Counted from the stretch's first letter, positions 19,894 through 31,088 are shown. The stretch: DNA of 64,000 bases from an uncultured Eubacteriales bacterium (GCA_948468315.1 CAOKHL010000003.1:31627-95626); one strand, 5' to 3'. The notes: a model not told the origin generated them from the sequence alone. Program-made: numbers and translations.

Positions 19894-22800
19894 ATGTTAG
19901 TAAATAAGAAACTATCTCAAGAAATATATAATGATGCAGGAGAAACAAGAATTTCAAAAGCGAAAAGATATGTAAAAGAAGGTAAGGTAAATATAACAAA
20001 ATCTGATTATGAAAATGAAAACAACTTTAGTTTGACATCAATAGTTAGTGGGAATTTTGATGATTACAAAGTAAATATAGAAATAAAAAAAGGAGAGCTT
20101 GAAATTGCATCTTGTGAATGTCAGGATTATAAAAATTATTATAGTGCATGTAAGCATATAGTTGCAACACTTATAAAATTCGAGCAAACTAAATATTGGG
20201 ATAATGAATACAAGCAAGTAGAAAATGTTTCATCAAGGCAAAAAAATCCGAATGAGAGATTTAAATATAAAAGTTTTAGTAACTTAATCAATTCTTTTTA
20301 TAATGAAGAATTACAAGAAATAAAATCAAATGAACTAATAAGATTATCAGAAAAAGATAGGATTAAAATTGAAGCAAAAATAGATTATGATAAATTTTCT
20401 AATGGTATGAAATTAGAAATAAAAATAGGAAAAGGCAGAATGTATAAAATAAAAGATTTACCAGAATTTTATACCAGAATGGTAAATAATGAATATTTCA
20501 AATATGGAGAAAAGCTAGAATTTGTACATACTAGGGAAAACTTTGAAGAAGGTTCTAAGCCACTTTTAGATTTTATTCTAAGATATGCAGAAATAATGAA
20601 ATATTCTAATTCGAGCGACAAATATGGATATTATTATTCGTCATCAATAAATAAAGCAGAAATAACATTAGGAGAAGGAGTTATTGATGAAGTATTTGAT
20701 TTATTAAAAGACAAAAAAGTAAGTTTTAATTATGATTATTCAACAACAAGAATGGAATTTATAGAAGAAAACCCACAAATAGAATTTGACTTATCAAAGA
20801 TAAATGATGATGAATTACTATTATTCCCTAATATAGATGTATTTAGAATAGCCATTTTTAAGGGAAAAAAATATAATTATTTATTATATACAAACAAACT
20901 ATATAGATGTGACGAGAAATTTTCAAATACAACATTAAAAGTAATAAAAGTTTTTAGAGAAAATTATACATCAGAAATGTTACTTAGAAAAGAAGACCTA
21001 AAGGACTTTTATTCAATTATTATGCCTAAAATAGAAAACAGCATAAAGGTAAAAGGATTAACAGAAGAAGATATCGAAAAATATAGGCCTGAAAAACTAG
21101 CAGTAAAGGTATTTTTAGACTTTGATGAAAATAATTTTCTAATAGCAGATGTTAAGTTTTGTTATGCAGATGAAGAATTTAACCCATTAGATGAAAATGT
21201 AAAAATAAAAGCTCTAAGAAATGAATTAGAAGAAAATAGAAACTTAAATATATTAAATAAATCAGGATTTATGTTAGATGTAAAAAATATGAGATTTATT
21301 CTTCCAAATGATGAACAAATATATGAATTTTTATCAAATGACATAAATTATTACATGCAAAAATTTGAAGTTTTAGTTACAGAAAACTTTAAAACAAAAG
21401 AAATAAGAGAACCAAGATTAGGGTCAGTTGGAGTAAAAGTAGAAAATGATTTATTAAATATAGACCTAAGTAAACTTAATATTTCACCAGAAGAAATACA
21501 AGATGTAATGGAAAAATACAAATTAAAGAAGAAATTTTACAGACTAAAAAATGGTAGTTTTTTAAATTTAGCAGAAAATGAAGATGTAGAATTTTTAGAC
21601 AAACTTGCATCAGGAATGGATATAAATTATAAAGATTTAAAAAATGATGTAATAAAACTACCTGTAAATAGAACTTTATATTTAAATGAATTATTAAAGA
21701 GATTTAATAACACAAAGACAACTCAAAATAGTGAATATAAAAAGATTATAGACAATCTAAAAAAAGACAACTTAGATGAAGAAATAGAGATTCCATCTGC
21801 AATGCAACCAATTTTGAGAGATTATCAAAAAATAGGATATAGTTGGTTAAAAACATTAGAACAATACAAATTTGGTGGGATTTTGGCAGATGACATGGGA
21901 TTAGGAAAGACTCTGCAATTGTTAACTGTAATATTATCTTATATAGAAAAGGCCGAAAAAGACAGAAAAACAAGCATAGTAGTATCTCCAAGTTCACTTG
22001 CACTAAACTGGATGGCCGAAGCCAAAAAGTTTGTGCCAAATTTAAAAGTAAAAGTAATTTCAGGAACAGCAAATGAAAGAAAAGAAATCATAAAAAATAT
22101 ACAAAATTATGATTTAGTTATAACATCATATGATTTATTAAAAAGAGATATAGAAAATTACAAAAAAATTAATTACAATTTTAAATATATAATTGCTGAT
22201 GAAGCACAATATCTAAAAAATAGTAATACACAAAATGCAAAAGCCATAAAAGAATTAAAAGCAGATACAAGATATGCATTAACAGGAACGCCAATAGAGA
22301 ATTCTCTAGCAGAATTATGGTCAATTTTTGACTATATTATGCCAGGATATTTGTTTCAATATAAAAAATTCAAAAATTCATATGAAACACCTATTGTCAA
22401 AGATGACGACCAAAGTGCAATGTCTAAATTAAAAATGCTTATAGAACCATTTGTACTTAGAAGAACTAAAAAAGAAGTACTAACAGAACTTCCAGAAAAA
22501 ACAATAACAGTTTTAAATAATACAATGGATGAAGAACAAGAAAAAATATATATGTCATATTTAGTAAAAGCGAAGCAAGATGTAGCAGACCAAATAAAAG
22601 TAAATGGATTTGAAAAAAGCCAAATAATGATACTTGCAGCACTTACAAGATTAAGACAAATTTGTTGTCATCCAAGTTTGTTTATATCAGACTACAAAGG
22701 AGAAAGTAGCAAGCTTACACAGTGTATGGAAATAGTGGAAGATGCAGTTAATGCAGGACATAAAATATTGCTGTTTTCAGGCTATACGTCAATGTTTGAA

Positions 22801-23217
22801 ATTATACAAAAAGAATTATCAAAAAGGGATATTGGTTATTTTAAATTAACAGGAAGTACAAAAGTAAATGAAAGAATTACTCTTGTAGATGAGTTTAATT
22901 CAAATCCAGATATAAAAGTGTTTTTAATATCGTTAAAAGCAGGTGGTACAGGACTTAATTTAACAGGAGCAGATATGGTAATTCACTATGACCCTTGGTG
23001 GAATGCATCTGCTGAAAATCAAGCAACTGATAGAGCATATAGAATTGGCCAAAAAAATAATGTTCAAGTTTATAAGCTAATTACAAGTAATTCTATTGAA
23101 GAAAAAATATATGAACTTCAACAAAAGAAAACAGAGCTTATAGATAATATGCTTTCTACTAAAACTTCATTTATTAGTAAGTTTAGCAGGGATGAAATTA
23201 TGAGATTGTTTGAATAA
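19894..23217 (+). CDS. SNF2-family helicase with N-terminal SWIM zinc finger
   Basis: CECQDY...CKHIVA (SWIM); GGILADDMGLGKT, DEAQ, LTGTPIEN, QATDRAYRIGQ. Confidence 0.95.
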   Translation: MLVNKKLSQEIYNDAGETRISKAKRYVKEGKVNITKSDYENENNFSLTSIVSGNFDDYKVNIEIKKGELEIASCECQDYKNYYSACKHIVATLIKFEQTKYWDNEYKQVENVSSRQKNPNERFKYKSFSNLINSFYNEELQEIKSNELIRLSEKDRIKIEAKIDYDKFSNGMKLEIKIGKGRMYKIKDLPEFYTRMVNNEYFKYGEKLEFVHTRENFEEGSKPLLDFILRYAEIMKYSNSSDKYGYYYSSSINKAEITLGEGVIDEVFDLLKDKKVSFNYDYSTTRMEFIEENPQIEFDLSKINDDELLLFPNIDVFRIAIFKGKKYNYLLYTNKLYRCDEKFSNTTLKVIKVFRENYTSEMLLRKEDLKDFYSIIMPKIENSIKVKGLTEEDIEKYRPEKLAVKVFLDFDENNFLIADVKFCYADEEFNPLDENVKIKALRNELEENRNLNILNKSGFMLDVKNMRFILPNDEQIYEFLSNDINYYMQKFEVLVTENFKTKEIREPRLGSVGVKVENDLLNIDLSKLNISPEEIQDVMEKYKLKKKFYRLKNGSFLNLAENEDVEFLDKLASGMDINYKDLKNDVIKLPVNRTLYLNELLKRFNNTKTTQNSEYKKIIDNLKKDNLDEEIEIPSAMQPILRDYQKIGYSWLKTLEQYKFGGILADDMGLGKTLQLLTVILSYIEKAEKDRKTSIVVSPSSLALNWMAEAKKFVPNLKVKVISGTANERKEIIKNIQNYDLVITSYDLLKRDIENYKKINYNFKYIIADEAQYLKNSNTQNAKAIKELKADTRYALTGTPIENSLAELWSIFDYIMPGYLFQYKKFKNSYETPIVKDDDQSAMSKLKMLIEPFVLRRTKKEVLTELPEKTITVLNNTMDEEQEKIYMSYLVKAKQDVADQIKVNGFEKSQIMILAALTRLRQICCHPSLFISDYKGESSKLTQCMEIVEDAVNAGHKILLFSGYTSMFEIIQKELSKRDIGYFKLTGSTKVNERITLVDEFNSNPDIKVFLISLKAGGTGLNLTGADMVIHYDPWWNASAENQATDRAYRIGQKNNVQVYKLITSNSIEEKIYELQQKKTELIDNMLSTKTSFISKFSRDEIMRLFE

Positions 23218-23346
23218 ATTTTATATTAATCATTTCAATATTTTAGAAAAATAAAACAAAAAAGGCTTGCCAAAAGCTAAAATTATATATATAATGTAAA
23301 AAAACAAAAAAGAAAAGACAATTCAATGTCAAAAGGAGGAAATACT

Positions 23347-23874
23347 ATGGAAATAAAAGTTTTAGGAAAGGAAATAAAAGTTACAGAAGCAATAAATGAC
23401 TATGTAGAAAGAAAACTAGAAAGAATTGAAAAATATTTTGAGTCATCATCAGCTGAAGTTACAATAAGAGCAGAAAAAAATGAACAAATAGCAGAAGTTG
23501 TAGTATCTGCTAATGGAGAAAATTACAGAGCAGAGGCTGAAGAAAAAGACTTATATGCTTCTATAGATAAAGTTATAGATATATTAGAAGGTCAAATAAG
23601 AAAATCTAAAACAAAAAAAGAAAAAATGATGAGAGATGGATGCATAAAAGAAATGAACCAAACTACATCACCAAAAAGTGAAATAACAAACGAAATTTTA
23701 AAATATGGTTATTATGAAATAAAACCACTTGCACCAGAAGATGCAATGCTAGAATTACAAGAAAGACCAACACATAATTTCTTACCATTTATAAATATTG
23801 AAACAAATAAAGTGTGTGTTATATATAAACTAAAAGATGGTAAAAACTATGGAATAGTTGAGCCAGAAGCATAA
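23347..23874 (+). CDS. hpf: Ribosome hibernation promoting factor (long HPF)
   Basis: VTEAINDYVERKLERIEKYF, DLYASIDKVIDILEGQIRK and a C-terminal ribosome-binding domain. Confidence 0.93.
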   Translation: MEIKVLGKEIKVTEAINDYVERKLERIEKYFESSSAEVTIRAEKNEQIAEVVVSANGENYRAEAEEKDLYASIDKVIDILEGQIRKSKTKKEKMMRDGCIKEMNQTTSPKSEITNEILKYGYYEIKPLAPEDAMLELQERPTHNFLPFINIETNKVCVIYKLKDGKNYGIVEPEA

Positions 23875-24123
23875 ATTTATATTAAAAAAGAGTAGCTAAA
23901 CCTAAAAATATTACTAAATTGTGTAATATTTTTAGGTCTTTTATTTTTATAAAAATTTATACTAAAATTTATCCAAAGAGAATAGTATAAATATGAGAAA
24001 TTATTATATAAAATAAAGGCAATTGTTATGCAAAGTGAAAACTTATGTTAATAAAACTTGCAAAATGTTGAAATATGTGGTATAATATTTCATGTTTTCG
24101 CTAAAAATAACAAATAAAGGAGA

Positions 24124-25104
24124 GTGTATATTATTTTAAAACCAAAATTATTACATCTTACAAAAGATATAGCAAAAGTTATAGCGATAATAATATCAGG
24201 GTTTTTATTAATTTTAGCGATGATTTTTATAAAATATAAACCAGTATATGAAATAACAGTTGCAGGAGAAAAATTAGGATATATAAAAAACTTAAAAGAA
24301 TTTAAAAAAGAAGTAGAAGAACAAATTATAAATCAACAAGAAAAATATATAGCAAATGTTTCATTTATTGAAGAACCAACATACAAAATGAAATTGCTTT
24401 CAAGAGCAAGCAATGAAAATGAGAAAGAAATAATAGAAGATCTAAAACTGAACAATACAATAAAAACATACAAATATTATGAAATCTCATTAAATAATGA
24501 AAAAAAATCATGTGTAGACACACTAGAAGAAGCGGAGCAAATAATAAATCAAATCAAAGTAGAATTTTCAGAAGACAACTTAGAATTAAATCTTCAAATA
24601 AGTGAAAAATATACTGAAGATTTAGAACAAATAAATGTAGACACAATAGAAGTGGCAACAACAGTAGTAGAAACAGCAGCTCAGGAAATAAAAGAAGAAA
24701 GTGAAGCTATTGCTATAATAAACAATGTAAAAATATCAGTTCTTCCAGTAACAGGAAGAATTACATCAAGATATGGAGAATCAAGTTCAAGAAGAAAATC
24801 AACACACACAGGACTTGATATAGCTTGTATTACTGGAACAGATATTAAAGCAGTATCAGAAGGAACAGTAATATTTGCAGCAAGACAAGGTTCATATGGA
24901 AATCTTGTAAAAATAGACCATGGAAATGGTGTAGAAACATGGTATGGACATTGCAACAAAATTTATGCAAAGGTTGGGGACAAAGTTAAAGCAGGAGACG
25001 TAATTGCAGCAGTTGGTTCAACAGGAAACTCAACAGGACCACATTTGCATTTAGAAATAAGAATTAATGGGGTTACAGTAAACCCACAAAATTATGTATA
25101 TTAA
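24124..25104 (+). CDS. M23-family peptidase, membrane-anchored
   Basis: HTGLD...YGH...GNSTGPHLHLEIR; N-terminal TM helix; start uncertain. Confidence 0.92.
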   Translation: MYIILKPKLLHLTKDIAKVIAIIISGFLLILAMIFIKYKPVYEITVAGEKLGYIKNLKEFKKEVEEQIINQQEKYIANVSFIEEPTYKMKLLSRASNENEKEIIEDLKLNNTIKTYKYYEISLNNEKKSCVDTLEEAEQIINQIKVEFSEDNLELNLQISEKYTEDLEQINVDTIEVATTVVETAAQEIKEESEAIAIINNVKISVLPVTGRITSRYGESSSRRKSTHTGLDIACITGTDIKAVSEGTVIFAARQGSYGNLVKIDHGNGVETWYGHCNKIYAKVGDKVKAGDVIAAVGSTGNSTGPHLHLEIRINGVTVNPQNYVY

Positions 25105-25111
25105 TTTCATA

Positions 25112-25219
25112 TTAAGTGCCGGTTCTTTTCAGGGGGTTTCTATTTCCCTGTTAAGTGCCGGTTCTTTTTCAGGGAATTTTCTATTTCCTTGTTAAGTACC
25201 GGTTCTTTTTTAGGGAATT
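25112..25219 (-). repeat. Three tandem copies of repeat family A in reverse orientation
   Basis: TTAAGT(G/A)CCGGTTCTTTT at 25112, 25151 and 25192. Confidence 0.88.
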
Positions 25220-25279
25220 ATAAAAAAATATTTACAAAAAATACATTTAAATATATAATATACAAAGGAGGAAAAAGAA

Positions 25280-25951
25280 ATGGGAAAATTATTTGTAATA
25301 GATGGAACAGATGGAAGTGGAAAACAAACACAATTTCAAAAGTTATTAGAAAGATTACAAAAAGAAAATATAGATTATAAAACTGTAAGTTTTCCAAATT
25401 ATGATAGTCCAAGTTCATCATTAGTGAAAATGTATTTATCAGGAGAATTTGGAAAAAATGCAAAAGATGTTAGCCCATACATAGCTTCAACATTTTATGC
25501 AGCAGATAGATATGCAACATTTAAAACAGGATATCAAGAATATTACGAAAATGGTGGAATAATATTTGCAGACAGATATACAACAGCTAATATGGTTCAC
25601 CAAGCTGGAAAGATATTAGATAAAGATGAAAGAAAGAAATTTTTAGATTGGTTATGGGATTTTGAATTTAATTTATATGGATTACCAGTCCCAACAGAAG
25701 TATTTTTCTTAAATATGCCAGTAGAAAAATCTTTAGAGTTAATTGAAAGTAGAGAAAATAAATTTACACATAGTCAAGAAAAAGACATACATGAAAGCGA
25801 TAAAAATCATTTAATAGATTCATATAATGCAGCTTGTGATGTTGCAAAAGATTATAATTGGTATGAAATAAAATGTATTAAAGATGGAAATTTAAGAACA
25901 ATAGAAGATATACATGAAGAAATTTATCAAGAAATAAAAAAACATTTATAA
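25280..25951 (+). CDS. tmk: Thymidylate kinase
   Basis: IDGTDGSGKQTQ P-loop, FAADR/ADRY motifs. Confidence 0.93.
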   Translation: MGKLFVIDGTDGSGKQTQFQKLLERLQKENIDYKTVSFPNYDSPSSSLVKMYLSGEFGKNAKDVSPYIASTFYAADRYATFKTGYQEYYENGGIIFADRYTTANMVHQAGKILDKDERKKFLDWLWDFEFNLYGLPVPTEVFFLNMPVEKSLELIESRENKFTHSQEKDIHESDKNHLIDSYNAACDVAKDYNWYEIKCIKDGNLRTIEDIHEEIYQEIKKHL

Positions 25952-26149
25952 AATAAAAGAGCTTAATACAAAAATAGTCATTTTTCGACAAACATGTGTT
26001 ATATTAAAAAAAAGAAAATGAAAGAAAAACGACAAAAAAATGAGAAAAATCAAAATGTACTAAACCCAAATAAGCAAAAAATAATAAAAAGACAAAACAA
26101 ATTACTAAAAAGAAATTTGAAATATTTGGAAATTATGGTATAATATTAC

Positions 26150-26680
26150 AGATGGTGCATTATTCTAGTCGTACTTCTTTATTGTGAGGGTGGGGCTAAA
26201 AATCCACTAAAGGGCACATAAATTAAGGCTTCTTGTTTGTGCGCGAAATGCCAGTTTTGTGTGTGAGTAGGAAGAAAGAAGTAAGGGTATGATGTAATGG
26301 CATATATCAAACCCCCTTGTTTCGCTGAAACTTAAAACAAATTTTAAGTAAAACCTATGTTGAGTGCCAAGACACGAAATACATAGAGTAGCCTGTCTTG
26401 AGTGAATGTATTGGGATTATTTTAACTTATATGAAATTGCATTTGCAAAAGAGACTAGCAATAAATAAAAGTATGCCAAGGAAAACTTCTAGACTGTTTG
26501 CATAAATTAAATGCAAGGAAACTTAAGGATTAAGGTGCGGATTTAAGTGGCGATCTGGTGTCTAAACAATAGTTTAGATGTTCTTTTTAAACGGAAACGG
26601 CTGTATAGTAATATATAGTAAAGAATAGAGAAATTCAACTAGACCTAAACCGTAAAATTTACTTAAGTTTTTACCATCTA
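26150..26680 (+). ncRNA. ole: OLE (ornate large extremophilic) RNA, or a close relative
   Basis: A ~530-nt ORF-free, relatively GC-rich stretch behind TGGTATAAT (26136-26144). It contains TATTCTAGTC and GGGCTAAAAATCCACTAAAGGGCAC, recalled as OLE-like. The 5' AGATGGT pairs with the 3' ACCATCT, and the next gene is oapA. Confidence 0.8.
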
Positions 26681-26826
26681 ATAATTATGGAAAAAGACTA
26701 AATTCTCTTTTCCAATTTTTTTTTATTTTGTCAAATTAATTTGTACACTAAATAAAAAATTAATAATAACAAATATATTAAAATAAAAAGGAGGAAAAGT
26801 TAGTAAAATTACTAACAAAAAGAAAA

Positions 26827-27366
26827 TTGCAAGAAAAGAAAAACAAAAATGAAGAATCAAGTATGAAATGGGCACTACAAGCATTTGTATTAACATTTGT
26901 TTTATCAGGCTTAGTTTCATTTATATCTAATAATGGAGTTGAAAAATTAAATATTTTTTCATCAATAATAATTTTAGTATTAGTAATATTAATAGGAATA
27001 ATTTTTGACATAATAGGAGTTGCAGTAACAGTAGCAGAAGAAGATGACTTTCATGCAAAAGCAACAAAAAAGGTAAAAGGAGCAAAAACATCATTAAAGC
27101 TCATAAAGAACTCATCAAAAGTTGCTAATATCTGTGCAGATGTGATTGGGGACATATGTGGAGTTGTAAGTGGAGCAATAAGTGCAATGATAGCTTTAAA
27201 AATATCAAATGCATATAATGCTTCAAATAATATACAATTTTTAGTAAGTGCATTAGTTGCTTCAATTACTGTAAGTGGAAAGGCATTAGGAAAAAATATT
27301 GCTAACAAGAAATCTACGGAGATAGTTCATATAGTGGGAAGAATATTAAACAAAAATAAAGCGTAA
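26827..27366 (+). CDS. oapA: OLE-associated protein A (DUF21-like membrane protein)
   Basis: FDIIGVAVT...FHAKATKKVKGAK...CADVIGDICGVVSGA (DxxGD motif); multiple TM helices. Confidence 0.85.
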   Translation: MQEKKNKNEESSMKWALQAFVLTFVLSGLVSFISNNGVEKLNIFSSIIILVLVILIGIIFDIIGVAVTVAEEDDFHAKATKKVKGAKTSLKLIKNSSKVANICADVIGDICGVVSGAISAMIALKISNAYNASNNIQFLVSALVASITVSGKALGKNIANKKSTEIVHIVGRILNKNKA

Positions 27367-27492
27367 AGTTTTTATGTATAATAATGTCGAAAAATGTGAA
27401 TAAATCAAAGAAAAATGAAAAAAGCTATTGCAAAAACTTGAAATTTATGTTATACTATCTAAGGTTGTAAAAAATGAGGAAAGGAAGTTAGA

Positions 27493-27786
27493 GTGAAAAC
27501 ATTTTTTGATGGAGTATTCATATCAGATGAACACTTAGAAGAAGCTGGCATAAAATACCCCATAAAGCTAGAATATTATAAAACATCAAGAGAAGAAAAT
27601 GTTAAAAGCAAATATGGAATTGAAGTAGTAAAAACCGAATATTTGAATGGTAACGTAAAAGTAGAAACCAAAGAAGTTAAGAATGTAACAGATGATACAG
27701 AAAGAGCAGACGAAATATTAACTTTATTAAGAAACAACGAAGTAACGCCAGTGGGTATTGAGGATGTTTTAGAAGATTTATTATAG
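27493..27786 (+). CDS. Small conserved clostridial protein (DUF6514-like)
   Basis: YGIEVVK...ADEILTLLRNNEVTPVGIEDVLEDLL pattern. Confidence 0.65.
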   Translation: MKTFFDGVFISDEHLEEAGIKYPIKLEYYKTSREENVKSKYGIEVVKTEYLNGNVKVETKEVKNVTDDTERADEILTLLRNNEVTPVGIEDVLEDLL

Positions 27787-28052
27787 TAAAACGAGGTAAT
27801 GGATTGGAGAAAAGTACATAAAAGGGTAGTATATTGAACAATACTATCTTTTATTTTTTTAAATAGATAATAAATGTCTATAAATACCAGAAAATAAGGA
27901 TTGACTTTTGACTTAAATCTTTGTATAATTTAATACGATTTATCAGCAAAAAATTAATTGAAGAATATTTTTAAAATTTAGATATATAATTTTGTTAAAT
28001 AGAAAAAGGAAGGAGATATGTTATCATTTAAAGTTAACATATGCTAGTAATT

Positions 28053-30131
28053 ATGGCAGACAAATTAATAATAGTAGAATCACCTGCAAAGGCAAACACT
28101 ATAAAAAAGTTCTTGGGAGGGAGCACTAAAGTTGTAGCTTCAATGGGACATATAAGAGATTTACCAAAATCAAAATTAGGAATAGATGTCGAACATGATT
28201 TTGAACCAGAATATATAAACATTAGAGGAAAAGGAGACCTAATAAAATCTTTAAAAAAAGATGCAAAATCAGCCAAGAAAATATATCTTGCAACCGACCC
28301 AGATAGGGAAGGAGAAGCAATAGCATGGCATTTAGCGCATATTCTGGAAGAAGATGAAGGTAAAATTACAAGAGTAACATTTAATGAAATAACAAAGGGA
28401 GCAGTACAAAAGGCGATTAAAGAGCCAAGAAATATAGACATAAATTTGGTAGACGCACAACAAGCAAGAAGAGTATTAGATAGAATTGTAGGATATAAAA
28501 TAAGTCCAGTTTTATGGAAAAAAGTCAAAAGAGGGTTATCAGCAGGACGTGTACAATCCGTTGCAGTTAAATTAATTGTAGACAGAGAAGAAGAAATAGA
28601 AAAATTCATACCAGAAGAATATTGGAACATATATGTAAATTTATTAGACGAAAAATCAAAAAAAGAATTTGAAGCACATTTATTTGGAAAAGAAGGTAAG
28701 AAAATAGAACTTCATTCAAAAGAAGAAGTAGATAAAATTTTAAAAGAAATTGAAGATGCAAAATATATTGTAAAAGACATAAAAAAAGGAGAAAAGAAAA
28801 GAACTCCAGCGCCACCATTTACAACAAGTACCATGCAACAAGAAGCTTCAAGAAAACTTAATTTTACATTAAAAAGAACAATGTCAGTAGCACAAGGACT
28901 TTATGAAGGAATAAAATTACCACAAGGTCATACAGGTCTAATAACATATATGAGAACAGACTCAACAAGAATATCAGAAGAAGCAAGAGCAATTGCTAAA
29001 GAAGAAATAATTAAAACATATGGGGAAAAATATTACGAAAATAGATATTATAGGACAAATAAAGATGCACAAGATGCACATGAAGCAATAAGACCAGCCC
29101 ATATTGAGCTAACACCAGATGAAATAAAAGAATATTTATCACCAGAACAATATAAATTATATAAATTAATATACAATAGATTTCTAGCTAGCCAAATGTC
29201 AGCAGCAATATTTGATACAATGCAAGTATCAATAAAAGCAAATAATTATGACTTTAAGGCAAATGGACAAAGCTTAAGATTCCAAGGATTTATGGCATTA
29301 TATGTAGAGGGAACAGACGAAAAACAAGAAGAAGAAAAAGGAATGTTACCACCATTAGAGGAAAATCAGGAAGTAAAAAAACAAAAAATAAATCCAAAAC
29401 AAAGTTTTACAGAACCACCACCAAGATACACAGAGGCCAGTTTAGTAAAAGCATTAGAAGAAAAGGGAATAGGTAGACCAAGTACATATTCACCAACAAT
29501 AACAACTATATTAGACAGGTATTATATCCAAAAAGAACAAAAACAGCTTGTACCAACTGAGCTTGGAAAAGTAGTAAACAAACTTTTAATAGAAAATTTC
29601 ACAGATATAGTAAATGAAACATTTACAGCAGACATTGAAACAAAATTTGATAAAGTATCAGAAGGAAATGAAAAATGGAAAAATGTAATTAGAGAATTCT
29701 ATGCACCATTCATTCAAGAAGTAGAAAAAGTAGAAAAAGAGCTAGAACATGTAGAACTACAAGATGAAGTTTCTGATGTAATATGCGATAAATGTGGAAG
29801 GCAAATGGTATATAAATATGGAAGATTTGGAAAATTTTTAGCATGTCCAGGATTTCCAGAATGTAAAAATACAAAAGCAATAATAGAAACAATAGAAGTA
29901 CCATGTCCAAACTGTGGAGGAGTAGTTCAAGTAAAAAAATCAAAAAGAGGCAGAAAATTTTATGTTTGTGAAAACAATCCAGAAAAATGTAATTATATTT
30001 CATGGAATAAACCAAAACTAGGAGAAAAGTGGAACCCAGAAGAACAAGAAAAAGTAGAAATTGAAGGTTCAAAAAAAGTATCAAAGAAAACTAAAACTAC
30101 AAAAAAGAAAACAACAAGCAAAAAGAAATAA
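28053..30131 (+). CDS. topA: DNA topoisomerase I
   Basis: LIIVESPAKA, ATDPDREGEAI, SAGRVQS, LITYMRTDS and C-terminal Zn ribbons. Confidence 0.98.
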   Translation: MADKLIIVESPAKANTIKKFLGGSTKVVASMGHIRDLPKSKLGIDVEHDFEPEYINIRGKGDLIKSLKKDAKSAKKIYLATDPDREGEAIAWHLAHILEEDEGKITRVTFNEITKGAVQKAIKEPRNIDINLVDAQQARRVLDRIVGYKISPVLWKKVKRGLSAGRVQSVAVKLIVDREEEIEKFIPEEYWNIYVNLLDEKSKKEFEAHLFGKEGKKIELHSKEEVDKILKEIEDAKYIVKDIKKGEKKRTPAPPFTTSTMQQEASRKLNFTLKRTMSVAQGLYEGIKLPQGHTGLITYMRTDSTRISEEARAIAKEEIIKTYGEKYYENRYYRTNKDAQDAHEAIRPAHIELTPDEIKEYLSPEQYKLYKLIYNRFLASQMSAAIFDTMQVSIKANNYDFKANGQSLRFQGFMALYVEGTDEKQEEEKGMLPPLEENQEVKKQKINPKQSFTEPPPRYTEASLVKALEEKGIGRPSTYSPTITTILDRYYIQKEQKQLVPTELGKVVNKLLIENFTDIVNETFTADIETKFDKVSEGNEKWKNVIREFYAPFIQEVEKVEKELEHVELQDEVSDVICDKCGRQMVYKYGRFGKFLACPGFPECKNTKAIIETIEVPCPNCGGVVQVKKSKRGRKFYVCENNPEKCNYISWNKPKLGEKWNPEEQEKVEIEGSKKVSKKTKTTKKKTTSKKK

Positions 30132-30212
30132 AAATTCCCTGAAAAAGAACCAGCACTTAACAAGGAATTAGCTAAATCCCTAAAAAAGAACCGGCACTAA
30201 AACGGGAAATGG
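30132..30212 (+). repeat. Two tandem copies of repeat family A
   Basis: AAATTCCCTGAAAAAGAACCAGCACTTAACAAGGAA / AAATCCCTAAAAAAGAACCGGCACTAAAACGGGAAAT. Confidence 0.88.
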
Positions 30213-30221
30213 AGATAAAAT

Positions 30222-31088
30222 ATGGAAGAACAAAAATATGTATTAGAAAATCAAGATTCATTTGAACTTAAACATATATTTGATTGTGGACAATGTTTTA
30301 GATGGAATGAAGAAACAGATGGAAGCTATACAGGTGTATTTGGTAAGAATGTTTTAAATGTCCAAAAACAATGTAAAAAGATAATATTTAAAGGGATAGT
30401 TGATGGAAATATAGAAGAAATAGTAACTGATTATTTCGATTTAAATAGAAACTATTTAGAAATAAAAGAACAATTATCTAAAATAGATGAAAATGTAAGT
30501 TCAAGTGTAAAATATGGAGAAGGGATAAGAATATTAAATCAAGACTTATGGGAAACAATAATTTCGTTTATAATTTCAGCAAATAATAATATTCCTAGAA
30601 TAAAAGGGATAATAGAAAGGCTATCAGAAAAGTATGGTCAAGAAATTGAATGGAATGGAAAAAAATATTATACATTTCCAACTCGACAAGAATTAGAAAA
30701 TGTAACAGTACAAGATTTTAGAAATTTAGGTGCTGGATTTAGAGATGTAAGGTTATATGAAACAACACATATGATTTTAGATAAAAAAGTAGATTTAGAT
30801 AAATTACATCATGAAAAAGATACAGAAATAGTTCGAGAAGAGCTTTTAACTCTTTCTGGTGTAGGACCTAAGGTTGCAGATTGTATTTTATTATTTTCAA
30901 CACTAAAAAGATTTGATGTTTTTCCAATAGATGTATGGGTTAGAAGGGTTATGAATGAGTTATATATTAAAAATCCAGATGAGAAAAAAGTAAACAAAAA
31001 AGAAATTGAAAAAATAGCTTTAGAAAAATTTGGGAGTTTAGAAGGTTTGGCTCAGCAATATTTGTTTTATTGGAAGAGAGAAGCATAA
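30222..31088 (+). CDS. 8-oxoguanine DNA glycosylase (OGG1-like)
   Basis: FDCGQCFRW, IISANNNIPRI, HhH GVGPKVADC, FPIDVW. Confidence 0.93.
   Translation: MEEQKYVLENQDSFELKHIFDCGQCFRWNEETDGSYTGVFGKNVLNVQKQCKKIIFKGIVDGNIEEIVTDYFDLNRNYLEIKEQLSKIDENVSSSVKYGEGIRILNQDLWETIISFIISANNNIPRIKGIIERLSEKYGQEIEWNGKKYYTFPTRQELENVTVQDFRNLGAGFRDVRLYETTHMILDKKVDLDKLHHEKDTEIVREELLTLSGVGPKVADCILLFSTLKRFDVFPIDVWVRRVMNELYIKNPDEKKVNKKEIEKIALEKFGSLEGLAQQYLFYWKREA

Noticed and set aside
18073-30212. Family A arrays as CRISPR repeats
   Set aside because: Units abut with no unique spacers, there are only 2-3 degenerate copies per site, and no cas genes are present.
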